Shown: in pieces, positions 9,686-20,031 of the stretch | Layout: every line of letters begins with the position of its first letter | Numbering within the stretch: position 1 is the stretch's first letter | Assembly (NCBI GenBank): GCA_965212015.1 | Contig: OZ243037.1 | Location: 64,001 to 128,000, forward strand | Reading direction: 5' to 3' | Source of the DNA: Cenarchaeum sp. | GTDB lineage: Archaea > Thermoproteota > Nitrososphaeria > Nitrososphaerales > Nitrosopumilaceae | DNA: 64,000 nt | Program-made: the position numbers and the translations under genes | Notes under the pieces: model-generated | Database searches by the model: none | Seen by the model: the letters and a program-made list of their open reading frames with translations, nothing else | Told to the model about the DNA's origin: nothing

Positions 9686-10165
9686 ATGGCCCATTCAAGG
9701 ATATTGAGGAGACTAAGGGAGCAAAAAACCAACTACAAAAAGCGCAGCGGCATGCTCATGGGGCGCCGCGACTTTGTAACGGTCCAGATTACCAACGAAA
9801 ACACGCAGGTTCAGGTCCATACCCCAGAGATGGCAGGCGACAAGACTGTGGCCTCGGCGCATTCCAGGTACCTCTCATCGAAGGGCTGGAAGGGCTCGCG
9901 CAAAAACATCCCGGCCTCGTACCTTACGGGATACCTGGCGGGAAAAAAGGCAGTCAAGAACGGCTCCAAAAACGCCATAATGTACACCGGGACTAGAAAG
10001 TACACCGAAAGAATGGCAGCTGCGCTAAAGGGGGTAATTGATGCGGGCCTCGAGATTCCCGCCGACGCCGAAACGTTTCCGGCGCAGGAGAGAATCAACG
10101 GGGATCACCTGAATGTAAAAAACAATGTCATGCAGATAAAATCAAAGATAGACGAGGAAGCATAA
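9686..10165 (+). CDS. rpl18: 50S ribosomal protein L18
   Basis: RRLREQKTNYKKR, NIPASYLTGYLAGK, GVIDAGLEIP. Confidence 0.96.
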   Translation: MAHSRILRRLREQKTNYKKRSGMLMGRRDFVTVQITNENTQVQVHTPEMAGDKTVASAHSRYLSSKGWKGSRKNIPASYLTGYLAGKKAVKNGSKNAIMYTGTRKYTERMAAALKGVIDAGLEIPADAETFPAQERINGDHLNVKNNVMQIKSKIDEEA

Positions 10166-10833
10166 TGAGTCACATGTCAAGACAATCACGGCCGCAGCGG
10201 GAATCGGGGGACCGACCACGGCGCAGGCGGGAGCCAAAACCCGAGCCGCCGTGGGTTCCGCAGACCGCGCTGGGACGGCTGGTTCATTCCGGCGGCGTCG
10301 CCTCGCTCGAGGAGATACTAGAGCAGGGCGGAAGGATACAGGAATCGGGAATCATAAAAAAACTGCTTCCGGATCTAAAGACCGAGGTAGTCGACGTGGG
10401 AATAATACAGAAAATGACGTCCAACGGCCAGTCGACCAGATTCAAGGCCATAGTTGCTGCCGGCAACGAAAACGGCTATCTTGGAATCGGGCAGGGAAAA
10501 TCCAAGCAGATGAGAATTGCAATTGAAAAGGCAAACAACCAGGCGCTGCTCAACGTCAGTCCGATCAAGCTCGGATGCGGCAGCTGGGAGTGCAGGTGTG
10601 ATCAAAAGCACTCCGTTCCATTCAAGGTAAGGGGAAAGGGCGGAAGCGTGGTAATCGAGATTCTTCCAGCGCCAAGGGGGCTTGGTCTTGTGGCCGGCGG
10701 AAAGATCCGGCGGCTGCTAGAGCTTGCCGGGCTCAAGGACGCATACACCACGGCAAAGGGTTCCACCCCGACGATGAACTCCACTTCAAAGGCGGTGCTT
10801 GAGTGTCTCAGGCAGACGTTCAGCCAGGGTTGA
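10165..10833 (+). CDS. rps5: 30S ribosomal protein S5
   Basis: WVPQTALGRLV, GCGSWECRC, PAPRGLGLVAG. Confidence 0.97.
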   Translation: MSHMSRQSRPQRESGDRPRRRREPKPEPPWVPQTALGRLVHSGGVASLEEILEQGGRIQESGIIKKLLPDLKTEVVDVGIIQKMTSNGQSTRFKAIVAAGNENGYLGIGQGKSKQMRIAIEKANNQALLNVSPIKLGCGSWECRCDQKHSVPFKVRGKGGSVVIEILPAPRGLGLVAGGKIRRLLELAGLKDAYTTAKGSTPTMNSTSKAVLECLRQTFSQG

Positions 10834-10838
10834 TGCAC

Positions 10839-11306
10839 ATGGCAAAGGCGTATCTTGTTGTCCGAATAAAGGGGCAGGCCGACGTGCCGCACTGGGCCCG
10901 GACCACGCTGCAGCTATTAAAGCTGGAGAAAAAATACCGCGCCACGATTCTGCCGGTGCGCGAAAACACGCTGGGAATGCTAAACAAGGTAAAGCACTAT
11001 GTCTCGTGGCACGAAGTCGACTCTGTACTGGCAAAGGAGCTGCTAGACAAAAAGGGCAGAAAGTCCGGCTACAAAAAGATAACAGACGCGGATTTGGGCG
11101 ACACCGAATACAAGACGATAGGCGGGCTGGCAGACGCGCTGGCAGAGGGCAGGGCCTCTCTCTCAAAGCTGAGGCCGCTAAAGCCGTGGTTTGCGCTCGC
11201 GCCGCCAAGGCACGGCTTTAAGCGAAGCACAAAGCGCCTGTACGGACAAAAGGGCGTCCTTGGCCCCAACAAGGATCTTGGGGCCCTAGTGAGGAACATG
11301 ATATAG
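10839..11306 (+). CDS. rpl30: 50S ribosomal protein L30
   Basis: YLVVRIKG, GMLNKVKHYVSW, LKPWFALAPPRHGF; ATG 10839 preferred over track start. Confidence 0.95.
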   Translation: MAKAYLVVRIKGQADVPHWARTTLQLLKLEKKYRATILPVRENTLGMLNKVKHYVSWHEVDSVLAKELLDKKGRKSGYKKITDADLGDTEYKTIGGLADALAEGRASLSKLRPLKPWFALAPPRHGFKRSTKRLYGQKGVLGPNKDLGALVRNMI

Positions 11307-11307
11307 C

Positions 11308-11733
11308 ATGGCCACCAGAAACAGAAAGACCAGAAGGTTCAGGGGATCGCGCACACACGGCTGGGGACAGGTGGGCCAGCACAGGGCCAGCGGCCACAAG
11401 GGCGGAGTGGGCGTCTCGGGGCAGCTAAAGCACCACTTTAGCAGCATGCTCAAGGAAAACCCGGATCACTTTGGCCACGAATCGAGCCGTCCCCCGCATC
11501 CCATAGTCGCCAAAAAATGGGCCAGCGTGAGGGATCTTGACGATCTGTTTGCAAAGTTCGGGCAAAAAGACGCAGAAAAAAAGGTGATAGATCTTGACGG
11601 AAACGGATACGACAAGCTGCTAGGCGGCGGCAGCGTCTCTGTCGCATATACGGTCAAAGTAAGGCGGTTTACTGCTTCTGCCGAGGAAAAAATCAAAAAG
11701 ACAGGCGGCGAGGTGCTGGCACAAAATGGCTGA
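11308..11733 (+). CDS. rpl15: 50S ribosomal protein L15
   Basis: RGSRTHGWG, HRASGHKGG, YDKLLGGG. Confidence 0.96.
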   Translation: MATRNRKTRRFRGSRTHGWGQVGQHRASGHKGGVGVSGQLKHHFSSMLKENPDHFGHESSRPPHPIVAKKWASVRDLDDLFAKFGQKDAEKKVIDLDGNGYDKLLGGGSVSVAYTVKVRRFTASAEEKIKKTGGEVLAQNG

Positions 11734-13162
11734 GGGTTCTGCCACTGCGTTTATCAGAAAGATGGTGCTAATAGTAGAGCCGTACCTTCCGCAGGTTCCA
11801 AAGCCCAAAAAGAAGCTCACCCTGCAGACAAAGCTGCTGTGGTGCGGCTTGGCGCTGCTCATCTATATGGTGATGGCGCAAACACCCCTGTTTGGCGCAA
11901 CCGTGCCCGAGTTTGACTTTCTCGAGTTTGCAAGGGTAATCTTTGCGTCCCAGCAGGGAACGCTAGTGGAGCTCGGAATAGGGCCGATAGTCACCGCCGG
12001 ACTATTAATGCAGCTGCTCAGGGGCTCTGAGATTCTAAAGTTCGACTTTAAAAAGCCCGAGGAGCGGGGGATATTTCAGACTGCGACAAAGATGGTGACA
12101 TACGTGGTAATAGTCGCCGAGTCCTCGGTATACGGAATCGCAGTGTACGGCCCGGGCATCACCGATCCGGGCATACTGTATATTTTGATCGGGCAGCTGA
12201 TGGCCGCATCTGTGATCATTATGTTCCTCGATGAGCTGATTCAGAAGGGATGGGGCCTGGGCAGCGGCATCAGCCTCTTTATAATGGCCGGCGTGGCGCA
12301 GCAGATCCTGTGGAGCCTGTTTAGCCCGCTTCCGGCCGGCGACGGCTTTTCAATAGGGATATTCCCGTTCATCGGGCAGTGGGCGTCTGCGGGACTGGGG
12401 GACTTTGCGGACATTTTCTTTAGGTACAACCAGCTTCCGAGCATATTCGGGCTGCTGCTGACAGGCGGCATACTGCTCATACTGGTGTACACGCAGGGAA
12501 TGAAGGTAGAGATTCCCATAGTCTCGACCAAGTACAGGGGCTTTTCTGCGACATACCCGATAAAGCTAATGTACGTCTCAAACATTCCCGTCATTCTGGC
12601 ATCAGCACTAACTGCAAACGCGATATTCATAGGACAATTGTTCTGGGCCAACCTGAACCCGCGCAACGACAATGTGTTTTTCAACATACTGGGGCAGTTT
12701 GATCCGACCAGCCCGTCGACTCCGACGGGCGGGCTGATATACTTTGTCACGCCGCCGCGTGGCCTGGAGCTGGCAGCAGAAGATCCCATACGCGCAGTCG
12801 GATACGTCATATTCATGATCATAATAGTGGTGGTGTTCGGCAAGCTGTGGGTGGAGCTTGGCGGCCTCTCGCCCAAGAGCGCGGCGAAAAACCTGCTGGA
12901 TGCAGACGTGCAGGTCCCCGGATTCCGGAGATCCAACCAGCCAATCGAGGTGCTGCTAAACAAGTACATACCGTCCGTCACGCTAATCGGCTCGATGATT
13001 CTCGGGCTGCTAGCCGGCGTCTCTGATGTTCTCGGCGTGTTTGGCAGCGGAATCGGCATACTGCTCATGGTCGACATTCTGATCAACTACTATAACCAGC
13101 TCGTGCGGGAGCAGGTCGAAGTTGTAATGCCGCGGCTTGGTGCGTTGCTTGGCAGAAAATAA
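11726..13162 (+). CDS. secY: Preprotein translocase subunit SecY
   Basis: ELGIGPIVTAG, GWGLGSGISLFI, YPIKLMYVSNIPVIL, GSGIGILL; multiple TM helices. Confidence 0.97.
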   Translation: MAEGSATAFIRKMVLIVEPYLPQVPKPKKKLTLQTKLLWCGLALLIYMVMAQTPLFGATVPEFDFLEFARVIFASQQGTLVELGIGPIVTAGLLMQLLRGSEILKFDFKKPEERGIFQTATKMVTYVVIVAESSVYGIAVYGPGITDPGILYILIGQLMAASVIIMFLDELIQKGWGLGSGISLFIMAGVAQQILWSLFSPLPAGDGFSIGIFPFIGQWASAGLGDFADIFFRYNQLPSIFGLLLTGGILLILVYTQGMKVEIPIVSTKYRGFSATYPIKLMYVSNIPVILASALTANAIFIGQLFWANLNPRNDNVFFNILGQFDPTSPSTPTGGLIYFVTPPRGLELAAEDPIRAVGYVIFMIIIVVVFGKLWVELGGLSPKSAAKNLLDADVQVPGFRRSNQPIEVLLNKYIPSVTLIGSMILGLLAGVSDVLGVFGSGIGILLMVDILINYYNQLVREQVEVVMPRLGALLGRK

Positions 13163-13727
13163 AAGGATAATCATAGTGGGCATTCCCGGGGTGGGAAAGA
13201 CCACGCTGGTCGCAAAACTAGTCGACTTTCTCTCCGAAAAGGGCCGGACCGTGACGGTGGTAAGCTTTGGAACCGTAATGCTGGAGGAGGCAAAAAAAAG
13301 GGGGCTTGCAGACCGGGATCAGCTCAGAAAACTCCCCTTTGACGAGCAGCGGGCGCTGCAAAAGTCCGCCGCGCAGGCAATCGCCGGGCTGACTGACGAC
13401 TATATAATGGTCGACACGCACGCGTTCATACACACAGAGTCCGGGTACTATCCTGGCCTTCCGGAGCACGTCCTGCGGCTGATTGATCCGGCGAACCTCA
13501 TCTCCGTATACGCAAAGCCCGAGGACATTTACAACCGGCGGCTAAACGACGAGACGCGCAACCGCGACAAGATATCCATCGACGGGATAAAAAAGGAGCT
13601 CTCCTACAACCAGTCGCTGCTTTCTGCGTGCTCTGTAATCACGGGCGCGCCAATCAAGGCGGTCCTGAATCCGGAGGGAAAGGTTGAAGAGGCCGCACAG
13701 CGGGTAATAAGGGCAATAGGGATGTAG
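13149..13727 (+). CDS. adkA: Archaeal adenylate kinase
   Basis: GIPGVGKTT, DTHAFI, GYYPGLP; canonical position after secY. Confidence 0.94.
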   Translation: MAENKRIIIVGIPGVGKTTLVAKLVDFLSEKGRTVTVVSFGTVMLEEAKKRGLADRDQLRKLPFDEQRALQKSAAQAIAGLTDDYIMVDTHAFIHTESGYYPGLPEHVLRLIDPANLISVYAKPEDIYNRRLNDETRNRDKISIDGIKKELSYNQSLLSACSVITGAPIKAVLNPEGKVEEAAQRVIRAIGM

Positions 13728-13728
13728 G

Positions 13729-14358
13729 ATGGAGGCGAATTTTATACTGCTGTTCTTTGAGGGCGTCTTTTTGCAGGGGGACTTTTTCGGCCTCGGAGGA
13801 GACAGGGGGGCCCTTGGCAGCGACGACCCGCTGATAAAGGGCGTGACATTCACGCTGTTTGCAGTCACGGGGTTCGGAATACTGCTCAACCTGTTCAACT
13901 CTGCGATACGCAAAAAGATGATAGACCAGGTAAAGCTCAGGCGGATAATGAAGGAGACGCGCTCCTGGCAAAAGGAGAGGATGGCTGCGTTTCGCTCAAA
14001 GGATCTCAACAAGCAGGCGGATCTCAACAAGAAATCGTCATACATGAACAAGATGAACATGGAGATAATGCAGATGAACATGCGGCCCATGATGATCACG
14101 TTCGTGCCGCTGATACTGATATTTTATTTCGTCCTGCCGCAGCTGTTCACCTATACCGTGGCGCTCTCGCCGATACCGCTCAACGTCATTCCCGGCGACT
14201 TTTTCCAGCTTACCTGTACGGCCGAGCAGGCAGCAGATCCGGAGCACGTATGCGAGCAGGAGGACTCGCTGTACCTCTGGGCGTGGTACTTTCTCTCGTC
14301 AATCGCATTTAGCGGCATAATAATGAAGCTGACCAAGACGTCGATGGATCTCAGTTGA
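13729..14358 (+). CDS. EMC3/TMCO1 (DUF106, Oxa1 superfamily) membrane protein
   Basis: TM + coiled coil + MRPMMITFVP + WAWYFLSS; conserved position between adk and cmk. Confidence 0.88.
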   Translation: MEANFILLFFEGVFLQGDFFGLGGDRGALGSDDPLIKGVTFTLFAVTGFGILLNLFNSAIRKKMIDQVKLRRIMKETRSWQKERMAAFRSKDLNKQADLNKKSSYMNKMNMEIMQMNMRPMMITFVPLILIFYFVLPQLFTYTVALSPIPLNVIPGDFFQLTCTAEQAADPEHVCEQEDSLYLWAWYFLSSIAFSGIIMKLTKTSMDLS

Positions 14359-14915
14359 AAAAATCGGTAATCATCTCTGGGCCGCCGGCGGTGGGCAAGA
14401 CCACCGTGGCACGCGCGCTTTCTGCGCGGTTCGGACTGGAGTATATGGGCGGGGGCGACGCACTCAAGGAGCTTGCGCGCAGGCAGGGCTTTGAGCTCGG
14501 CGGCGAGGACTGGTGGGACACGCAGGACGGCATGAGGTTTTTGGAGCGGCGCTCTGCAAACCCAGAGTTTGACAGGCAGGTCGATGACATGCTCAAGGAG
14601 GCGTTTTACCGCGGCGGGGCGGTGATTACCAGCTATACCCTTGCGTGGCTGGTCGACGGCGGCGTCAAAATCTGGCTTGCCGGCTCGCACGAAAACAGCG
14701 CAGCGCGCATGCAGGGCCGCGACAATATCGCAAAAAAAGACGCCCTTGCCATCACGGAAAAGCGCTATATGAAAAACAAGGACCTGTACAAGAGGCTGTA
14801 CGGATTCGAGTTCGGAAGGGACGGCAAGATATTTGACGTCGTCATTGACACAGACGACCTCGGCGCAGAACAGGTAATTGCGGCGGCCGTATCTGCGGTG
14901 GGAGAACTGCTTTGA
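14355..14915 (+). CDS. cmk: Cytidylate kinase
   Basis: ISGPPAVGKTT, FDRQVDD, YKRLYG; operon context. Confidence 0.9.
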   Translation: MKKSVIISGPPAVGKTTVARALSARFGLEYMGGGDALKELARRQGFELGGEDWWDTQDGMRFLERRSANPEFDRQVDDMLKEAFYRGGAVITSYTLAWLVDGGVKIWLAGSHENSAARMQGRDNIAKKDALAITEKRYMKNKDLYKRLYGFEFGRDGKIFDVVIDTDDLGAEQVIAAAVSAVGELL

Positions 14916-15922
14916 CTCTAAAGCAGCTTGAGGGCCTGCGGGTAATTGATCAGGACATTACGGATGATGCGCACGGGACATACTATGACAAAAGAACCAT
15001 AGAGCAGCTATTCGAGTACGGGATAATACTGCTAGACAAGCCGCCGGGGCCGACTAGCCACGAGACTGTGGCGTGGACCAAGAGGATACTAAAGCTGCCA
15101 AAGATAGGCCACAGCGGGACGCTGGATCCCCAGGTCTCCGGCGTGCTGCCGCTTGGCCTGGGCGAGGCCACCAAGGCCCTCGGCGTGCTGCTCCTGGGCC
15201 CAAAGGAATACCACGCACTGGGAAGGTTCCACTCGCTTCCGACCGGCGAAAAGCTAGACGGCGTACTGGGCATGTTTTGCGGCGAGATATTCCAAAAGCC
15301 GCCGCAGCGCTCATCGGTACTACGAAAGACCAGGGTGAGAAAAATCCACGAGCTGGAGCTGCTTGAGCAAAAGGAGCGGCTCGTGCTGCTGCGCGTACTG
15401 TGCGAGGCTGGCACCTACATACGCAAGCTGTTCTACGACATGGGCGAGGTGCTAGAATACGGTGCTACCATGATTGAGCTGCGCAGGACGCGCGTGGACC
15501 AGTTCTGCGAGCAGGCCGGCCTGATCACGATGCACGAGCTGGCAGACGCGTACGCCGTATGGGAGGAGAAACGCGACGATTCCAAGATAATAAAGATGAT
15601 ACGCCCCGTCGAGGAGGCCCTCAGCGAGATTAAATCCGTGGTAATACGCGACTCTGCCGTCGACGCAATGTGCCACGGCGCGCAGCTGGCCATTCCGGGA
15701 ATCCTGCAGGTATCGTACGGCCTCGGAGTGGGGGACTTGGTCGGGATATACACGCAAAAAGGCGAGATAGTCGCCCTTGCCGAAGCTACAATGGAGGCAG
15801 ACGACATTGCGGACAATGTAAAGGGGTACGCCTTTACCACCAGGCGGATAATCATGGCGCCAGGCACGTATCCGAAAAACTGGCGCTCCAAAAACTCCCA
15901 CAAGAATGCGGGGAAGAATTGA
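14912..15922 (+). CDS. cbf5: H/ACA pseudouridine synthase Cbf5 (TruB family)
   Basis: LDKPPGPTSHE, GHSGTLDPQVSGVL, CEAGTYIRKL, PUA domain. Confidence 0.96.
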   Translation: MTLKQLEGLRVIDQDITDDAHGTYYDKRTIEQLFEYGIILLDKPPGPTSHETVAWTKRILKLPKIGHSGTLDPQVSGVLPLGLGEATKALGVLLLGPKEYHALGRFHSLPTGEKLDGVLGMFCGEIFQKPPQRSSVLRKTRVRKIHELELLEQKERLVLLRVLCEAGTYIRKLFYDMGEVLEYGATMIELRRTRVDQFCEQAGLITMHELADAYAVWEEKRDDSKIIKMIRPVEEALSEIKSVVIRDSAVDAMCHGAQLAIPGILQVSYGLGVGDLVGIYTQKGEIVALAEATMEADDIADNVKGYAFTTRRIIMAPGTYPKNWRSKNSHKNAGKN

Positions 15923-16356
15923 TCCCGAGGGGGCTGGCAGTATCTGTTGGGGCAGGCGCAGTACTGGCAGCCGTACTAGGGGTGATTCTAATTGATCTCA
16001 AGGGCGTCCAGCTAGAGTTCGTCGACGGCGCGTCGCTTTCGCTGGTGACAGAGGGGACGGACTTTAAGAAAGGCCAGGCAATCCCGGTGCGAATAGTAAA
16101 CTCGGGGACCGTGCCGCTGTCTTTTCCGGACACGTCATACGGGACGCGCGTAACGCAGCTTGACGGAATCGCCGTGTATTCTGCCGGCCGGGCAGAGTCC
16201 GTCCTAGGGCCGGGCGAGGAGAACCTGTTTGTCTGGCACCAGATCAAGGACGGCGGCGAGGAGGTGCTGCACGGGACATACAGGATAGTCACAGAAGCTC
16301 TTGCCTCCGACCAGACCATGCTGAGGGAATCAGTCACGATTAACATATTCCGGTGA
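15919..16356 (+). CDS. Membrane-anchored Ig-like hypothetical protein
   Basis: TTG at 15919 overlapping the cbf5 stop; N-terminal TM then beta-rich domain ending GTYRIV...VTINI. Confidence 0.75.
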   Translation: MIPRGLAVSVGAGAVLAAVLGVILIDLKGVQLEFVDGASLSLVTEGTDFKKGQAIPVRIVNSGTVPLSFPDTSYGTRVTQLDGIAVYSAGRAESVLGPGEENLFVWHQIKDGGEEVLHGTYRIVTEALASDQTMLRESVTINIFR

Positions 16357-16399
16357 AGCGCAACCGGCGGTGACTTGCAGTTGGGACGGTTGCCGGCGG

Positions 16400-16635
16400 T
16401 ACGGGCAAACGTTGAGGTGTGATCATGCTTGTGCGTGGTCTATGGTACGGAATGACGAATGGAGAATTTCAGAGACGCAAAACGAATCACTGCATCCGTC
16501 CACGGACAGGAGCTTGCGAATTTTGAATCCGCCATGTGGCGCCAAGCTTCCAAGGCCGGGATTGGCGGGGACGATGTTGGGATGACTAGTCTTCCGGCAG
16601 AACACTCTTGGGGGCTTGGATGCCTGTGGATTAAA
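16400..16635 (+). mobile_element. Possible decayed IS200/IS605 tnpB fragment
   Basis: Across frames SVHGQELANFESAMWRQASKAGI followed by QNT..LDACG recalls the TnpB segment leading into the zinc ribbon; heavily degenerate. Confidence 0.35.
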
Positions 16636-16736
16636 TGGAACCATACTGGCAATTTCACGCTCAGACGAGAATTTTAATAATAGTAAATGTTACAAATCAT
16701 GATTTGCTAAGAACAAAAATCTTACAGGACATTAGA

Positions 16737-17975
16737 ATGGAAAACATCAAGGTAGAGAATTTCAAAAGCTTCAACAGTATTGATCTGGCTTTGGGAAACC
16801 TAAATGTATTGATTGGTGCAAATGCATCTGGAAAATCCAATTTCACCCAAATTTTTAATTTTCTGCACGATGTCACCATATATGGTTTGGATAACGCCAT
16901 ATCTTTGCAGGGTGGAATAGAATTTTTACAAAATTTTAAAAACAAACCTGACAAAAATTTGGTTTTTGAATTGAGCCTTTCAATAAGATCCGATTTTTGG
17001 CTTCCTTTCTTTATGGTGAAAAAAACCCCTTTTGTAAATAAACTTACTAAAGCAGTTTATAGATTTGAGATTAAATTGGGGAAAAAATCTGGTTTCCAAA
17101 TAATTGATGATCGTTTGAAAATGTTTTGTGAATTTAAGAATATTTCGGAACCAGACAGTAAAAAATGGGATGAAAAAATCATAATATATAAAAACAAGAA
17201 TAAAATTGCCGTTAAAATCGACTCTGAAAATAAGATTAAGATGAAAGAAAAAGACTTCTATTTTTTCCCTGATGACAATAAACTATCAAGCAAGGAATTG
17301 ATTTTAAATAATGATATGCTTTCTTTTTTATTACGTCCACAACTTGGAAATTATCTACGGGAACTGATCGTTTATGATTTTGATCCAAAACTGGCAAAAA
17401 AATTAGTTGACTTGAAAGGAAAGATTGACTTGGAAAATGACGGTTCAAATTTAGCCATAGTGCTAAAAGATATCATTGAAAATAAAGAACAAAAAAGAAA
17501 ATTCATCAATTTGATAACTGAACTTTTGCCGTTTATCCGGAGCGTTGAGATTGAAAAATCCGCGGACAAGTCTATTTTATTCAAATTAACAGAAATATAT
17601 TTTAAAAATCAACAATTGCCATCGAGTTTAATTTCAGACGGTACCGTAAACATGACTGCGGTAATTCTTGCATTATTTTTTCAAGAAAAACCACTAATAA
17701 TAATAGAAGAGCCAGAGAAAAACATCCATCCCTCATTAATTGTGAAATTGGTGGAAATAATCAAAGATGCATCAAAACTGTCCCAAATCATACTCACCAC
17801 CCACAATCCAGAACTGATCAGACATGTGGGAATTGAGAATATTTATCTGGTAAGCAGGGATGATGATGGATTTTCAGACATTACCAAACCACAAAAATCC
17901 CTCGAGGTTAAAAAATTTCTAAAACATGAAATGCAGATTGAAGAGTTGTATGTACAAAATCTTTTAGGTGATTAG
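16737..17975 (+). CDS. ABC/AAA (AAA_21-like) ATPase of a putative defence module
   Basis: ENFKSF, Walker A GANASGKSN, signature ISDGT, Walker B IIIEEPE, H-loop TTHNP; AT-rich. Start could be further upstream (ORF open from 16635). Confidence 0.9.
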   Translation: MENIKVENFKSFNSIDLALGNLNVLIGANASGKSNFTQIFNFLHDVTIYGLDNAISLQGGIEFLQNFKNKPDKNLVFELSLSIRSDFWLPFFMVKKTPFVNKLTKAVYRFEIKLGKKSGFQIIDDRLKMFCEFKNISEPDSKKWDEKIIIYKNKNKIAVKIDSENKIKMKEKDFYFFPDDNKLSSKELILNNDMLSFLLRPQLGNYLRELIVYDFDPKLAKKLVDLKGKIDLENDGSNLAIVLKDIIENKEQKRKFINLITELLPFIRSVEIEKSADKSILFKLTEIYFKNQQLPSSLISDGTVNMTAVILALFFQEKPLIIIEEPEKNIHPSLIVKLVEIIKDASKLSQIILTTHNPELIRHVGIENIYLVSRDDDGFSDITKPQKSLEVKKFLKHEMQIEELYVQNLLGD

Positions 17976-18509
17976 CATAAAAATACTGTATGTATTGTTG
18001 GAAGGATCAGATGATGAGCGTTTTTTTAATTCTGTCTTGAGGGAGAAATTTACGAACAAATATGATCACATAAAACCATACAAGTATCCCAAAGCTCAAA
18101 AAAGCGGTTAAAAACATTCATTGAGGCGTTAAACAAGGAAAAAACCCACTATCTTGTTTTGACTGATTTTGATGCTGCAAAATGCATGACGGATAAAAAA
18201 CAGCAGTTTCGGGCACAAAAAACCCGTAATGTTGATGTTTCGAGATTGTTCATAGTAAAACCAATGATTGAAAGTTGGTATTTGGCCGGATTGGATTCCA
18301 AATCATCTCGCTCCTTGATGATCGTTTATCGTTCAAATACGGATGACATCACTAAAGAACAATTTGAACAATTAATGTCAGATAAATATTCTTCAAAAAT
18401 TGACTTTATGATTGAAATACTTAAAAAATTTGATTACAATACCGCAGTCAAACAAAACACATCATTCCAATATTTTGATCTAAAATACAAGATCCGCCTG
18501 GGTTTTTGA
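17968..18509 (+). pseudogene. TOPRIM-like nuclease partner of the ATPase, 1-bp frameshift near 18087
   Basis: GTG overlapping the ATPase stop gives ILYVLLEGSDDERFF; the downstream frame gives YLVLTDFD and PMIESWYLAG; EGxDD, DxD and ESW are TOPRIM/DUF4276-like motifs. Confidence 0.75.
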
Positions 18510-18979
18510 AGCCACATTGTCGATCATAAATTATTTTGCTTTACAGGCTATGCTCTAAATAATGATAAACGTTCAAATTGTTTCTGAAATGCTCTGATAT
18601 GGGTACGCGAAAAAGTTCATGAGATATTAAAGTAGCAAAGTCTGATCTACCAATTGGGAATTTTGTCTAAAAGATTGTCCGAGCCGCATGAACTTTGGAT
18701 CTTACCTATAGCATTACCACATTTTCTCTACAATCTCGTAATGCTCAGAATGGACCAGCTCGTACTCGACCAATCTCCAGCATTCTTCGATGGCTCCGAG
18801 TTACGGTCAGTATGCGATGGTGGATTGTCAGTAATGATCATGACGTCATACCGGTGTGAATTGGACAGCCTTGACACGGGTAGGAGGATTACGGTATGAG
18901 GTCAAAGACTTGTGATATAGGGATACCTCGATGTAATTTGATCTTTTCTGAATCTTTAAACCAAAAAATATAATTATTT

Positions 18980-19909
18980 TTATATATCCGTAAATTGTGA
19001 TAAATCACTTTGTTTTCCGACAATTACTTGTAGCGCACTTTTTAATATTTCGGTGGGTATGATTGACATTGTTTTTATATCATCAGAAATTATGTTTTTT
19101 GCCCCATCACTATTTGTGGCGATTATCAAATCATATAGTTTAATTTTTCCAGTTTTGAATATGGGAATAGACAAAACATGCTTTTTGAATCCCTTCATTT
19201 GACTTATATATTGTTCCAGTAATTCATCGCCATTTTTTAAATCCTTCCAATTTTGATTGCCAAAGAATAAAGTCATGGTTTCTGCCATAGATTCATTCGT
19301 TTTGACTGCACTTTGGTGTCGAGCGATATATGGAGTCATAAATGTGAAAAAAATATCCGCGGTTTGAATTGATAAAAGACGTTTCATTAAATCCCAACGA
19401 ATTTCTGCAAACCCTTTTGGATCAATGAATATCAAAAATGCAGTTCCGCGTCTCTTGTACCCCTCAATGAATTTTACACTATCTTCAAAACTTCTCACTA
19501 CCGGCTTATAATCGTGTATTCCAACATTATTTTTTAAACTTTTTAATCGTGAATCCAATAATGAGATGGATTTGGGATCAATATCCGAAAAAAAATAATC
19601 CGTAAACGGCGTTTCTACATTTCTAAAAGCAGCTATAAGCGGTGAACCCGGAAATTTTTCATTTTTTGAGTCTATCCTAAATGTAATCAATCCCGTTCCA
19701 CAATGGGTATCGACAAAAAACCATCTGTCAAACCCATTTTTGCGGATAATTCTAACAAATTCTCCGATATAATAGTCCAAAACAAGTATTTTTTTTATCG
19801 ACCAAATATCTCCCGGCGATGCCCTTAAAGTGCCATCTTCGATATCTTTGATTTTTTCCACCAAATCAGTGATTTTTTTCTTTGCCCAGAGATACGGATC
19901 AACGACCAT
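18980..19909 (-). CDS. tcmP: Three-Cys-motif partner protein (SAM-dependent methyltransferase-like)
   Basis: WSIKK, FVDTHCGTG, GSPLIA, FLIFIDPKG, YDLIIATNS; divergent from a DUF5131 gene. Confidence 0.88.
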   Translation of the reverse strand: MVVDPYLWAKKKITDLVEKIKDIEDGTLRASPGDIWSIKKILVLDYYIGEFVRIIRKNGFDRWFFVDTHCGTGLITFRIDSKNEKFPGSPLIAAFRNVETPFTDYFFSDIDPKSISLLDSRLKSLKNNVGIHDYKPVVRSFEDSVKFIEGYKRRGTAFLIFIDPKGFAEIRWDLMKRLLSIQTADIFFTFMTPYIARHQSAVKTNESMAETMTLFFGNQNWKDLKNGDELLEQYISQMKGFKKHVLSIPIFKTGKIKLYDLIIATNSDGAKNIISDDIKTMSIIPTEILKSALQVIVGKQSDLSQFTDI

Positions 19910-20031
19910 ATATACTATCAAATATATATTCGATTTAAACATATTTGGGACTAATAATTGACACATTGTCAATTCTACGCAAAACAAACATAATAAGAAA
20001 CACTTATGGAATAGCATAACAAGAAACAAAC